Part shown: piece by piece, positions 43,463 to 54,814 of the stretch | Layout of the letters: each line of letters opens with the position of its first letter | How positions within the stretch are numbered: position 1 is the stretch's first letter | IMG/VR virus record: IMGVR_UViG_3300028920_000061 | Coordinates: 1 to 64,000 of that record | Strand: one strand, 5' to 3' | DNA from: a virus | Length of the DNA stretch: 64,000 nucleotides | Made by a program: the position numbers and the translations under genes | Notes under the pieces: generated by a model | The model's input: the letters and a program-made list of their open reading frames with translations, nothing else | What the model was told of the DNA's origin: nothing | The model's database searches: none

Positions 43463-46400
43463 TCATCTGGAAAGGAGTGAAAAATAGCTCAAACCGAACC
43501 TGCGTATATATTCTACAATGTCGATCTTAGACCAGTCAAGGCCGTCATCCCAGTCTCCTGAAGGGGGCGTTATCGGATTCCACCATGGCATATTTGTATA
43601 ATCATTTACTACACCGGTAACCCTACTATCAATATACTGCATGGTATCCGATCCGGTCCCAAAATTCCCATAGGAAACCGGGTAGGTTCTCGCCTTTAAA
43701 GGTCTTATTCGAATATATATTTTGCTGTTTTCATCCACATATCTATCAAAATCGCTATCGTCACCCCTTGATCCAAAATCCATGTGTCTTGTTTTAAAAA
43801 GCGTATCCACAGCTGAAGATGAAAACTGTGTTTCACAGCTCTTAAACTCAAAATCAGTTTTCTTATTCAATTTCGAATAGGGCTTATGAAGGGAAACGGG
43901 CCCTTCCCAGTCATATATATTTGCTGGTATGCCAGAGCCGTCAGTGATATTGTATGAGGCGCTTGGTGTTGTGAAATACACCTTTAAGCGTGTATTGTTC
44001 GGGTAGACGGTGTCCTGCTCCACATAGGCAACATGATACATTCTTCCAGTTTCACTGTCATACATGACGAGGTTTGATTTTTCATCAACTTCAGCTGCCT
44101 CTTCGTCTGTTAATCCATAATCAATTGCTGAAGAGTCGTATTTTTCCAATATGACAAAATAAAGATTATTATGCACTAAAACTTTTGAAACTGCTGCATG
44201 AAGTCCTGAGACAAGGGTTTTAGCAGTGTATTTCTTATTGTCATACAGAGTCATTGAAAACGGTCGCCACATTGCCCTTGTTGAACCATTGACTGGGTAA
44301 GCAGTATCCCATACTTCAATTATCACATCCGACAGAGATTCTTCAGTTGGTTTGTACCTGGTCCCATCCGTATAATCTTCATTGCTTGTTGCGGGTGGCC
44401 AGTATGCGGTATGACAAAACGCTGACACTTTTGAATAAATCCATCGTTTAATATCAGGAATCCCAGCATATTCATCCTGCTTTCGTCCTGTTGTACTTGA
44501 CAACTCAGCAGTATCAAGCTCAAGCACATAAGATGGATACTCACGGTTGATATACGAACTGAATTTATTGTCTCCATATTTCCAGACGCGATTATCAACA
44601 TTCCAAACCATTTTCATATCGGCTGGATTATGTGAAAAAAGCGAATCATCAATATCAATATCAAACGTACCAAATGTTGGATAAGTCTGTCTTGGTTTTG
44701 TCATTGATATGAAAATGGATGTCTCATCAACTCGATAATAACATAGATGCGCAGGATATATCAGACGATTAGCCGGTCGTGACACCATTTGTGTCAGATG
44801 ACCGCCGGCGGATTCTGGGTCGCTTTCAATGGTGTCCTCAGTTGGTGAATCCATTCCTTTGAAATAATCTATTCGACAAAATGCGTCATCACCTTCAGGG
44901 GCATACCTGGCGTTGTAGGAATCATAATGATTGTTGGAATCCAACGCCCATGATCCGGCGTTAATATAGGATGATTTTTTGAATATTTGAGTTTTCTTGA
45001 ATTCAGACTGCCCTGCTACTCTGACCTGATATGAGCCGGCGCAAAATGGAAATTCCACTTCATACATTATTTCTTCACGGCCATCACTTAGCAATACCGG
45101 TTCGATATATGGGTCCCTTCTAATGATTTTAACATACCCATGTATTCCAGGTATTCTCAGCATTGGTCTGAAAAGTTCATAATTGTCTATTTGGTGAATC
45201 CATTGAGGCATTGTTATGAGGGAGTCGCTTACAGTATCAGGACCGCCGGGTACATAATTAGTACAATAGAGTTTCGCATACACAGACGCTGAGCCCATTC
45301 CATTTTTTTTAGAATAATGACCGGCACCACAAATTCTAATCTTTTGGTCGGTGTAATAGCTTTCTATATCAGCAACTTCAGGACTGGCTGCTGAATTAGT
45401 ATAAAAACTAAAACGTTTTACTCCTGTATCACCAACAAGTCCGCCAAGTAAATCATCAAGGGCATATTCTTCTCTTTTGAAATAGTCATTTAAAGAGGCT
45501 CCCTTGAAAGTATCATATGCCTCCGTGTCTTCACCTTCCATTTTCATTTCTGGGCCGTTCAAATGAAGAACATGAAGAATATCAGTATTATATTCTTCTC
45601 TATCAAGTTCACGGTCAAGTTCACGAATATATGCTCTTGGCGCACGTATTTTAACACATGCTGTCCAAGCTTTTGGCCAACTAAAACTTATGTCACCCCC
45701 ATCAGCTCCAACGATTTTGTAATCTATCGCCTGTCCGTTCGCAAGGGGTCTCACTTTCATGTACGGCTCTGTTGTAACGATAGAGGAATACCGGCGATTT
45801 CGTTCTGTCTGTACATCTATACCGCGTATGAAATTTGAACTATCATACATTTCCTGACCAATCACATAATTTCCACCGCCTTCATCGTATACGTTATTGC
45901 GAGAAATATGAAAGGCTATTTGTGACTGATCATCCTCTTCATATGATAAGCCTGGAGCATGAAAAAATGATTTTCCTTCTGGGGTAACAGGCCCCGAATG
46001 TGCCAATTTTTGTTTTTCAATAACATTTTTCTGAGACAATTGAGGCAATAGGCGCGTAGTTAATAGTGCAATAGTTGCTTCCTGAAATTGGCCATCAACT
46101 TTATCGTCTCCATCGTAAACTTGATTATAGAAAAGTGGCAATCCGATATACGGATGGCACGTCCATGGTTCTTCCGATTTGAAATCATACGGATAGTGAA
46201 TAAATTCTACTATTCCGCCATCGCAAAAACCCCAGTTGATGTCAGTTGGTACAACTTTATAATCAAGTAGTCTTGTAGTGTGTGCGATATCTGCATTAGC
46301 TACAAGGGCCTGTGCGGCACTCGTACAGTCCGCGTTGTATGTCCCCATTACCACAGAGAAACTGTAATCCTTCAGGGTTAATGGGCTGAATGATCGGTGT

Positions 46401-46927
46401 GCCCATATATAAAGGTCATAACCGGGTTTTGAAGTATATGGTAAGCTTAAATATTCCTGATCGATTTTGTATCCGGTTTCATAAATTACAGGAGCAAAAT
46501 AAAAAGAATGATACCTGCTGATTGTCCCATCTGCGTCAGTAACCAGCTCAGATTGATTAATGAATTCGATAATATCAAAAGCAGCGTGCCTTTGTCCTAC
46601 TTTGGAATACTGTTTGGTAGAAAGTTCATGCTCATATCCAAGCTTTTCATCTGCTATCAGAAGTATAATACCGTATACATCTGTAAGCTGCGTCACATTG
46701 GCGTATTCACTAATGAATATGTCATGGTTGCTGAAAAATGAGACGTATCCGACGTGCGGATTGAATGATGTATTGTTATTGAACTTGTGAAGAAAGTCGG
46801 CAAACCAGACATACCTCTCCGCAACAAACCCCTTGGCTGCCCCGGAGGCAAGAAAGCGTGACGACTCTGAAAAATCATTTATCAAAGCGTGGTGATACGA
46901 TTCTTTATCTGGATTTATGCATTTCAT
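43463..46927 (-). CDS. Large hypothetical virion protein
   Basis: 1154-aa ORF in the structural arm. Confidence 0.6.
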   Translation of the reverse strand: MKCINPDKESYHHALINDFSESSRFLASGAAKGFVAERYVWFADFLHKFNNNTSFNPHVGYVSFFSNHDIFISEYANVTQLTDVYGIILLIADEKLGYEHELSTKQYSKVGQRHAAFDIIEFINQSELVTDADGTISRYHSFYFAPVIYETGYKIDQEYLSLPYTSKPGYDLYIWAHRSFSPLTLKDYSFSVVMGTYNADCTSAAQALVANADIAHTTRLLDYKVVPTDINWGFCDGGIVEFIHYPYDFKSEEPWTCHPYIGLPLFYNQVYDGDDKVDGQFQEATIALLTTRLLPQLSQKNVIEKQKLAHSGPVTPEGKSFFHAPGLSYEEDDQSQIAFHISRNNVYDEGGGNYVIGQEMYDSSNFIRGIDVQTERNRRYSSIVTTEPYMKVRPLANGQAIDYKIVGADGGDISFSWPKAWTACVKIRAPRAYIRELDRELDREEYNTDILHVLHLNGPEMKMEGEDTEAYDTFKGASLNDYFKREEYALDDLLGGLVGDTGVKRFSFYTNSAASPEVADIESYYTDQKIRICGAGHYSKKNGMGSASVYAKLYCTNYVPGGPDTVSDSLITMPQWIHQIDNYELFRPMLRIPGIHGYVKIIRRDPYIEPVLLSDGREEIMYEVEFPFCAGSYQVRVAGQSEFKKTQIFKKSSYINAGSWALDSNNHYDSYNARYAPEGDDAFCRIDYFKGMDSPTEDTIESDPESAGGHLTQMVSRPANRLIYPAHLCYYRVDETSIFISMTKPRQTYPTFGTFDIDIDDSLFSHNPADMKMVWNVDNRVWKYGDNKFSSYINREYPSYVLELDTAELSSTTGRKQDEYAGIPDIKRWIYSKVSAFCHTAYWPPATSNEDYTDGTRYKPTEESLSDVIIEVWDTAYPVNGSTRAMWRPFSMTLYDNKKYTAKTLVSGLHAAVSKVLVHNNLYFVILEKYDSSAIDYGLTDEEAAEVDEKSNLVMYDSETGRMYHVAYVEQDTVYPNNTRLKVYFTTPSASYNITDGSGIPANIYDWEGPVSLHKPYSKLNKKTDFEFKSCETQFSSSAVDTLFKTRHMDFGSRGDDSDFDRYVDENSKIYIRIRPLKARTYPVSYGNFGTGSDTMQYIDSRVTGVVNDYTNMPWWNPITPPSGDWDDGLDWSKIDIVEYIRRFGLSYFSLLSR

Positions 46928-49900
46928 AGGTTGAAAATTGGCCCTCCGCCAAATTTGACATTCTTAATCGGATTCTTTGCCCCGGAGATACAAAGGGTCA
47001 CAGCCTCATTCAAAAGAAGCTGAAGCTTATTCTCCTGTTCATTAAAATAGAGTGAATACCTGTCATCATCAAGCATTCTACCAAGAATGAATGGGGATTC
47101 GCTGTTTATCTTTGTTGCAATAATTGTCATTGATTCCGCATCATAATACGCAGTAAATTCTTCCACTACTTTTCTAACCTTATCGGTTTTCAAAAGAATA
47201 GAAGGTTCAGCCTTTAATTGAATTGCGATTTTCTGTTCACGTATGAACTCTTCAAGCTCATCCTGATTGTATTGAAATCTTGCATACAAATCTTCATACA
47301 CTGTATCATTTTTCAGACAAATAAGACGCTTATTTTCTCGATCAAGGTCAATTCGTATTTGATCAACAGACCGCACATCAGATGATTCAAGATCAAAAAT
47401 GTGAATAGCCAGCTCATAAGGGCCTATATCAATAAATCCACCCCTGAATTGCCTATCGCTTCCTTCTATATCAGTCGTCATTGAATACAAGGTAACGGCA
47501 GAATCGTTTCCAGTATTGGCAACAATACTTGTAAGAAGTGGCTTGAGGTTTGATTGAGTCATAACTGTTGATGGAGCTGAAAAACTTTCAATTTCTGTGA
47601 ACTCAGGATCTTCGTTTTCTTGAGGATTAACAACTCTCGAAGACGTTATACCTATATCAAAGTCACCAGATCCGATATTGTATGTTAAACCATTGTACAT
47701 GTAATCATCAAGAGAGCCTGTGCATGTTTTAAATGTGAGAGTGCTTGACTCGTCACAAATGAATATCGAATTGTAATTTTTGTGACCTGTCAGTGTGGTT
47801 TTGGCCAAATACATCGTTGATAAAGAACCGTCATTAAAATATAAAACTATCGAATTCACGATTTCGATATTGGTATCAGAATTGACAAGTGTATCATTGT
47901 TTACCTGAACGATGCAATTGATTAAAATGATTTTTGACGTAAGTGCAGAGTGCGATTCGTTCAGACTGTAATTTCCACTTGAGTCAACACTGTAAATTTT
48001 TATGTTTTCAAAAGTCAAACTGCCTTGTTTGCTGTCATCATCGAAAAGGCCATCTGAATTATACCGTATTGATGCCGGGCCCTCAGCCGCCTCGTTTGGA
48101 TCAGTCATCACCTTAACGGTTCTATCTTCACGATTGTCAAATTCGAACATTCCTTCAAATGTCTTATTGGCTTCTACATATATGAGTATGTTATCAATTG
48201 TGTTTGTTGCCAGATATGCATTAAGAGTTGTTATAGTGTGAAACTGATAAATGGTTGAAACGCTGTCATAAAAATTATCTCTTAAATAAAGAGTTTGCGT
48301 TGGAAATTCGTCAGTTGCTATTCCAAATTGATTTGATATACTGACGGGGCCTATTTGCAGGGACCCTGTTCCTATTAACTGACTTTGTTCTATGGCACCC
48401 CTATCCCATTGCTCCTCTTCACGATCTACACCGCGGCAGTCTTCAAAGAAATAATATGGTGAGGTTTCTCGGAGATCATAAGCTGAATTGATTGCGACAG
48501 AATCTACATCCAAGTCAGGGGTGTAATCTTCAGTTAATCGGTCAATGAATTTTATATATTGCTTGTTGATATTTCCATTATTAGTTCCGGCAGTCACGTC
48601 TCGGCTGATGTTGTACAACAAAAGGAATTTGCCGGTATTCTCAGGATGATCTTCTATGAAATCTCCAGCAACATTGTCTTGACATATGTTATTGTACATC
48701 TGCACAATAGTAGAAAGTCCAGAACTTTTAATTTGATAAATTCCATAATAGCAATTGACAATTGTGTTATTCATCACCCAAACATAATTGGTATAACCGC
48801 CTTCCATTGAGATGCCGCCTATGCATCTGCTTAGAATATTATTGACGATTACATAGATTATACCATTGACCATTCCATCGTCGCAATCACAATGAATGGC
48901 TTTGGCGCCACATTCATGAATTATGTTTGAATCAATTAAGAACCCTTTTGAATATTGTATGTATATACCGCCACCGTTTGCATTACTATTTTCAAGAATA
49001 ATTCCAGAAATTTCAATATACCTTGCATTATTAACATTAATGGCATAGCCTAAATCGTTCAAAAGAACTTCGGATCCAGAGCTGGGGTTCCCTTTGTGCC
49101 TGTGAGGCACATTGCAGTGTTTTGTAATATCAATTGGTGAGAATATGCGTATGAAATAATCAACATCGCATGTGTACCCGGAAATCGTACATGCACTTGA
49201 AACAAGACCGACGCTGTCATCTGAAACAACAATATTGACCTGTACTTCAGCAGAAGTTAAATCACTTCCTACAATTGTTTCAATCCCACCGGAAAATGCA
49301 CTTGGAAGATTACTGAATTTTCTCTTTATAATAGTAATCAGATGTTCACCAGAAACAGCATCATCACCATTTTCATCAGATATATACCAGTTTAAACTGT
49401 CAATTTTTTCTCCAAGATATCCAATAACAGTGGAGACGCCCGTTATAACCACATCACCTGATGCAATTTTATCGTTTGTTTGAGGGGTCCCAAACGTAAT
49501 GATGGAACCGATTACGGTGGCCTTTGCGGCAGATGCTGTGTGATAATTCTGTGTAATATCTCCAACAGAAAAGAACACTTTTTTTGCTTGATACTCAAGG
49601 GCACCCATGTCCCAGAATCTGCCACGGGCATTTCCAACGGCGTCTGTATCAAAAGGATATGTGGTATCACCGTTAAGCTGTGTGCCAACCCCTCGAGGAG
49701 AGTCTTTTGTTAGATTATAATTTCTGTTTGGAACATCTTCAAATTCCGCTGTAGTTGAATCAAGATCCCCAGTTCCGCCACCGGTACTCGCATCTTCAGC
49801 CATACAGTATCTCGTATTGGGAACGCCACCATAACATCCTGAAGGGCAATTCTGAACAATATTATTTGTCAAGTTGCACAATACTGTAGAGTATATCCCC

Positions 49901-52900
49901 ACATCGCAATCGTCTATGGTGTTGCTGTAGATGTAATCAGTAAGTGATGCTAATATTCCTTTATTTAAAAAATCATAAATTATGTTATTTACGATTTTTG
50001 ATTTCAAATCTGACGAAACACATTCAATTCCATGTTTACCATTGAAAATGATATTGTTTATGATCTTACAATTTGATGCGTTTACATATATACAAGAAAG
50101 GGTGCTTGCCCCACTTACTGATATTAAAATTCCATCTATTTCTGTGTAATCGCATGATATGTCTACCATTGGTTGTAAAGTGGTAGAACTGTAAATCATT
50201 CTTGCATACGAATCGTATACACCATCGTGTCTTTGGGTAGAATAGCATTCATCAGTTTCATATGGGGCATACAATCTTAGATAATTATCTTCATCAGTTG
50301 TGAATCCTGAAATGACTGCAGGTTCAATATTATTTGACCCTTTGTCCATAGCAATGCTTATTTGAAGCTTTGCTTTAACAAGGTCGGTCATTGGATTGGT
50401 AGCGTCTCCGTATGGAGAAAATTGAGCAATACTTTCGGAATCAGTTGAATCATAAACTTTTTCAACATAATTGAATGTTCGCTTGATTGATATAACCAAA
50501 ACGCCCGATGCCGCTTCCGGAATTTCACCAACATCGTTCACAACGGTCCATGATGTATCTGAAATTTTATTTTTTAGATAAGCTGTTTTAGTGCTTGGCG
50601 CAATATCATATAGAAGAGTATCTCCAATAATAACACCGCTATCGGAAATATCCGTTGAAAATGTAGCCACATTTCCTGAAATGGTTACTGTCAACCCGGT
50701 TAAAGACAGTACTTTATTGTCTGTTGATGTACCACAAGAAAAAGTTTGAACCGTCGTAGTCAAATCTTGACAGTCAGCACCAATACTGTATTCCGGTATC
50801 AATTCCGAATCTATGTCCCGAGTGGGGTTGTTACTGTCAATCGCCCCCTGATTGAGTGCTTCAAAATCATTTCTAGCCAAATGGTAATCATCGGTACCGG
50901 CAAATGATAAAGTGACACTTGTAATTGTGCCTGTTGCATCTTCACTAATACAATTTGAAATTGAGCCTCCACCGGAGTAACCTGTTGCAGACCCTTGAGC
51001 AATATCGTTATTCAATGCGGCTGTCGCCTGGGTTGTATAGGCTGTCCCATTGTCAGAAACAATAGTATTATTATTGCTGTAACCATTCTTAATATCGAGC
51101 CCAACGGTGGTGGTATCGTAAATAATATTTGCTTTTGCATATATCACATATGCATTCGTGTCCTGCGTTACTCCATCGGTGCTATCCTTGATGATACATC
51201 GCTTTACAGATGATCCGCCGGCAGACGAAAAAGCGACACCAGTACTGCTGGCTGCTTTGATTTGCAAACCATCAATATGTATGTATTGATTTGAAACTGC
51301 AATTGCAACTGCAGCTGAAGTTTCGATTCGATATCTCGTATCAAGCCATGCGCCTGAATGCCTTTGCCTTGTATTGCATTGGGTTAGAGTATCAAAAGGG
51401 GCTTCAATGGTCATGAAATATGTGGAGCTTGTCGTCCACCCCGAAACAGTGACTGTTGATGTATCTGCTGAAGCATCGTCCTGGTAGCACTCGATTTTGA
51501 TATCAGCAGTATTCGTAACAAGATCTTTGGACCCAAACTCAGCAGAGATATCGGTGCTCAAAGCTGTATGAAGGGCGTTCGAGACGCGTTTGATATCTGT
51601 AACAGTGTTAGAAAAATTTGCGACAGTTCCACCGGTATTGTCTACAACCCTCCAGATACTCGCTGAGCCCTTTTCTGCCAGATAAACGTCCCCTCCAGGA
51701 GTTGTTACTTTATCACCTATGCCAATTCCGCTATCGAGAGATGCGCTGAATGTAGCAATACCGCCCACAACGTCAATGTTTACTGAGCCAGATTGAAGAT
51801 CTGATGAATTATGACCGACTGAAAAATATGCAGCATTCTTTGTTGGTAACGAGTACTGATCAGCCCCAATGCTCCACCCATAAGGCTCATTATAGTATGT
51901 CTCGGGCCTTGTTTCACTGTCAATATCAATATATGCCTGAAAGAAATGATCAACATTTGCGGCATAACCTGAACTCATCAAAATCTGTTGAGCAAAAGGT
52001 ATATGAAAATCCCGAACATCTCTGAATGTAACCGTTTTTAAGGCGTCGTTATTCCGATCGAGCTTCAGCGAAAGTCCGGTAGAGTCAGAAGTCCAGTTTG
52101 ATTCTGAGGTTATGTAATCTGATGTTGGCTCATCACCCTCCAAATCAATTCCGTTTTGAAGCATCAAATTGTTAAGAAGTCGTATCTGATTAATTGCGCT
52201 GGAATCTACTGATCCTCTTGCAAGATATTTGATACCGTATCCGCAATTGTAAACAGTATTGTTGAAAATGGCAAATAGATAACCACCACTATCTGTGTTG
52301 TAATTATCAATCAATATTCCAGCATTCGTATTGTCATACACCACATTACTGAGAACAGCAATTTTTGAATCCTGTCCAGTTTCAGAAATAACTTGAATCC
52401 CTGCTTCTTTAACTATGTTGGCTTCAACTCTGGAAATTGCGTTCAGCAAATAGATATCATCATCGAGTTGCATTCCAATAATTTTGAAATATCCACCTGT
52501 TGAACTTGCTTGTATTCCACTCACATACATCAAATCATTATCCCACACCCCTGCATGACGACGGTTCGAGTTTGATTTAGAGTCAGAACCTGTCGGGGTA
52601 TAAATAGTAATACCTCTTGTTTCATCGCATGTGTATCCAGTAAAAGAAGCGTAAGAATCCGATGTCGCAGTTTTTTCAACACACACAAGTTCAATCTGAA
52701 TATCGCTACTAACAAGATTGGTCGGTGCACCGCTTAATATGAAAGCTGCCAAACTATTAAATTGAGGAAGGATAGATGTAATAGCTGACGGGCCTGCGAC
52801 ATCTGCAGGTGCCAATCCGTTTGTTGCTGTAGTCCTCCATTGGGTGGAACTTATTTTTTCAGTGAGTATGCAGCTTCCAGACGCATGAGTCAGAACGTAG

Positions 52901-54249
52901 CCTGCCGATACCAGTGGGTTCAATTGGTCGGTGCTGAATGTCACAACCCCATTTGATATGCTGATACTGGCGGCGGTATGAACACTGCCACCTAATGTGT
53001 TTCCAATTCCATACGGAACAACCCGAACAAACTCAAGAGCACCCATTGTCGGGGTACTGTCGACCGGGTTTCCTTCGATATCTTCGCTAATCGCGAATAG
53101 CGAATACTTTGAAAGGTCGAGGGCCGCATCCATGACGCTCGTGTTGTTGGCGTTGGTAAGCCTGAAATCACCATTGGCGGCGTCGTAGAAATCAAGCGCG
53201 GCACTTGTTACGCAGTTGGTGCCTGTTGCCGTCGCATCATCACTGGCTGAATTGTAGAATGCGGCTGGAGGGGTTACAAAACCATTTGTGGCGTTACTTG
53301 CCGCCAAACAATTGGCACAATATGTACTGGCTCCCGCGGCGGTAAATTCGTATCCAACTGGATACCCATGAACGGTGTTCTGAATCACTTTTGAAGATGC
53401 GTTTGCGCCAATACCTTTCCCCGCACTTCCATGTACAATATTTCTAGCTACTACCACATCATCAGACGATTCAGTGACAAGTATGCCATATCCTGTAAAA
53501 TCTTTTAATTTGCAATCAGAAACAACCCCTGTACCTTGCATGTCAATTCCGTTAGTGCAGGCACCATTCTTCTGCAGGTGGAGGCCTTCAACAAGCACAT
53601 TGTCGTCTGAGCATTGAAGGAGCGTCGTGACAGCGTTCGACTCGATAACAAACCCGTCAGACGAATGGGTGTGACGTTGAGACTTGTTGCATTCTTTGGC
53701 AATGCTGGTTGGCGTGTATATCTTTATGAATGACGAATTGGATGTGGTCCAGCCGGTAACGTCAATAGTATTGCTTGTGTACGATGACTTTTCGTAACAC
53801 GGGAAATATACTGTATAACCATTTGATGCAATGTTGGCGCCTATTTCAGATTTTGTGTCACTCAAGGCGTCTATGAGATTGGAATAGACCTTATCTATTC
53901 TTTCGATATTACCTGAATGGTCGTATGGGACTTCACCATTATAAGTGCTAACTTCCCATTGCCGTGTGGATATCTTCCTTGTAAGATATACATACGGTCC
54001 AACAGATTTGTGAACGATATCCCCAATTCCAATATACGGATGTGTTTGAGGGCAGGAAAAAGTAAGTACACCGTTTTCTAACGAAAAGGTAGGTAAGCTG
54101 CCGTCGGTTTCTCGCGTAACATATGTACTGTTTAAAACCTGATCGCCAACCGACCTGGCAATAATTGTTCCTGATGGCTTATATCCATAGGTGGAGTATG
54201 CAGCGCCCTGAATTGGATTTGCAGGGCTGTATATGCGCCCGAAGAACAT
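46924..54249 (-). CDS. Giant repeat protein with several right-handed beta-helix (pectate-lyase-like) modules; probable tail spike/fibre
   Basis: About five repeats of G.ATFS...IG.GD...YL.EK.S...W...SG.T.....I.IY.P...CN...RH.G, each followed by NN.I/NNT.V ladders and D.GA.E closures. Confidence 0.7.
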   Translation of the reverse strand: MFFGRIYSPANPIQGAAYSTYGYKPSGTIIARSVGDQVLNSTYVTRETDGSLPTFSLENGVLTFSCPQTHPYIGIGDIVHKSVGPYVYLTRKISTRQWEVSTYNGEVPYDHSGNIERIDKVYSNLIDALSDTKSEIGANIASNGYTVYFPCYEKSSYTSNTIDVTGWTTSNSSFIKIYTPTSIAKECNKSQRHTHSSDGFVIESNAVTTLLQCSDDNVLVEGLHLQKNGACTNGIDMQGTGVVSDCKLKDFTGYGILVTESSDDVVVARNIVHGSAGKGIGANASSKVIQNTVHGYPVGYEFTAAGASTYCANCLAASNATNGFVTPPAAFYNSASDDATATGTNCVTSAALDFYDAANGDFRLTNANNTSVMDAALDLSKYSLFAISEDIEGNPVDSTPTMGALEFVRVVPYGIGNTLGGSVHTAASISISNGVVTFSTDQLNPLVSAGYVLTHASGSCILTEKISSTQWRTTATNGLAPADVAGPSAITSILPQFNSLAAFILSGAPTNLVSSDIQIELVCVEKTATSDSYASFTGYTCDETRGITIYTPTGSDSKSNSNRRHAGVWDNDLMYVSGIQASSTGGYFKIIGMQLDDDIYLLNAISRVEANIVKEAGIQVISETGQDSKIAVLSNVVYDNTNAGILIDNYNTDSGGYLFAIFNNTVYNCGYGIKYLARGSVDSSAINQIRLLNNLMLQNGIDLEGDEPTSDYITSESNWTSDSTGLSLKLDRNNDALKTVTFRDVRDFHIPFAQQILMSSGYAANVDHFFQAYIDIDSETRPETYYNEPYGWSIGADQYSLPTKNAAYFSVGHNSSDLQSGSVNIDVVGGIATFSASLDSGIGIGDKVTTPGGDVYLAEKGSASIWRVVDNTGGTVANFSNTVTDIKRVSNALHTALSTDISAEFGSKDLVTNTADIKIECYQDDASADTSTVTVSGWTTSSTYFMTIEAPFDTLTQCNTRQRHSGAWLDTRYRIETSAAVAIAVSNQYIHIDGLQIKAASSTGVAFSSAGGSSVKRCIIKDSTDGVTQDTNAYVIYAKANIIYDTTTVGLDIKNGYSNNNTIVSDNGTAYTTQATAALNNDIAQGSATGYSGGGSISNCISEDATGTITSVTLSFAGTDDYHLARNDFEALNQGAIDSNNPTRDIDSELIPEYSIGADCQDLTTTVQTFSCGTSTDNKVLSLTGLTVTISGNVATFSTDISDSGVIIGDTLLYDIAPSTKTAYLKNKISDTSWTVVNDVGEIPEAASGVLVISIKRTFNYVEKVYDSTDSESIAQFSPYGDATNPMTDLVKAKLQISIAMDKGSNNIEPAVISGFTTDEDNYLRLYAPYETDECYSTQRHDGVYDSYARMIYSSTTLQPMVDISCDYTEIDGILISVSGASTLSCIYVNASNCKIINNIIFNGKHGIECVSSDLKSKIVNNIIYDFLNKGILASLTDYIYSNTIDDCDVGIYSTVLCNLTNNIVQNCPSGCYGGVPNTRYCMAEDASTGGGTGDLDSTTAEFEDVPNRNYNLTKDSPRGVGTQLNGDTTYPFDTDAVGNARGRFWDMGALEYQAKKVFFSVGDITQNYHTASAAKATVIGSIITFGTPQTNDKIASGDVVITGVSTVIGYLGEKIDSLNWYISDENGDDAVSGEHLITIIKRKFSNLPSAFSGGIETIVGSDLTSAEVQVNIVVSDDSVGLVSSACTISGYTCDVDYFIRIFSPIDITKHCNVPHRHKGNPSSGSEVLLNDLGYAINVNNARYIEISGIILENSNANGGGIYIQYSKGFLIDSNIIHECGAKAIHCDCDDGMVNGIIYVIVNNILSRCIGGISMEGGYTNYVWVMNNTIVNCYYGIYQIKSSGLSTIVQMYNNICQDNVAGDFIEDHPENTGKFLLLYNISRDVTAGTNNGNINKQYIKFIDRLTEDYTPDLDVDSVAINSAYDLRETSPYYFFEDCRGVDREEEQWDRGAIEQSQLIGTGSLQIGPVSISNQFGIATDEFPTQTLYLRDNFYDSVSTIYQFHTITTLNAYLATNTIDNILIYVEANKTFEGMFEFDNREDRTVKVMTDPNEAAEGPASIRYNSDGLFDDDSKQGSLTFENIKIYSVDSSGNYSLNESHSALTSKIILINCIVQVNNDTLVNSDTNIEIVNSIVLYFNDGSLSTMYLAKTTLTGHKNYNSIFICDESSTLTFKTCTGSLDDYMYNGLTYNIGSGDFDIGITSSRVVNPQENEDPEFTEIESFSAPSTVMTQSNLKPLLTSIVANTGNDSAVTLYSMTTDIEGSDRQFRGGFIDIGPYELAIHIFDLESSDVRSVDQIRIDLDRENKRLICLKNDTVYEDLYARFQYNQDELEEFIREQKIAIQLKAEPSILLKTDKVRKVVEEFTAYYDAESMTIIATKINSESPFILGRMLDDDRYSLYFNEQENKLQLLLNEAVTLCISGAKNPIKNVKFGGGPIFNL

Positions 54250-54261
54250 TGACAGCCTTCC

Positions 54262-54804
54262 TTATATCGCTTCAATTGGGCCACGGTGAGTAACCTTTGT
54301 GGCATCAGTGGCTGCTGTAGTACCAGTCGAACCTTCGTATATTTCAGCACGAAATTTGGCCACAGCCCATGTCGTGTCTTCATACCATGTGATATATGAG
54401 GGTGTTCCAAAACTGTATTTGAACGGGAGTCTCATCAGTGTCTCTTCGAACGAATTGTTATCTACACCGAATTCAGTAAGATAGAAATCTCTCATATTAG
54501 CTGTTCCACCAGAATGTTCTGATATTTTGGCGACATATTTATGCCTGTCCGTCAATGCTGAAGAAATACTTGAAACGGGTATGGACCAGAAACCAGATGC
54601 AGAATTGTATGTCATTGTGACAGACGAAACGGTAGCAACAGCGCTTCCAGCAGTAACATCGTAAAAATCAATATCAATTGTTATTGGGGAAACGGCAACT
54701 GTAAGCGCGGTCTGAGTTGTATCATCAATAACATCTGCACCAATAACAACCAGGGAAGTGTCAGGGTTTGCTCCGGCAATTGAAATAGTCTGTGGGTATT
54801 TCAT
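54262..54804 (-). CDS. Hypothetical virion protein
   Basis: Beta-rich ORF; RBS AGGA. Confidence 0.55.
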   Translation of the reverse strand: MKYPQTISIAGANPDTSLVVIGADVIDDTTQTALTVAVSPITIDIDFYDVTAGSAVATVSSVTMTYNSASGFWSIPVSSISSALTDRHKYVAKISEHSGGTANMRDFYLTEFGVDNNSFEETLMRLPFKYSFGTPSYITWYEDTTWAVAKFRAEIYEGSTGTTAATDATKVTHRGPIEAI

Positions 54805-54814
54805 AATTTTTCCT

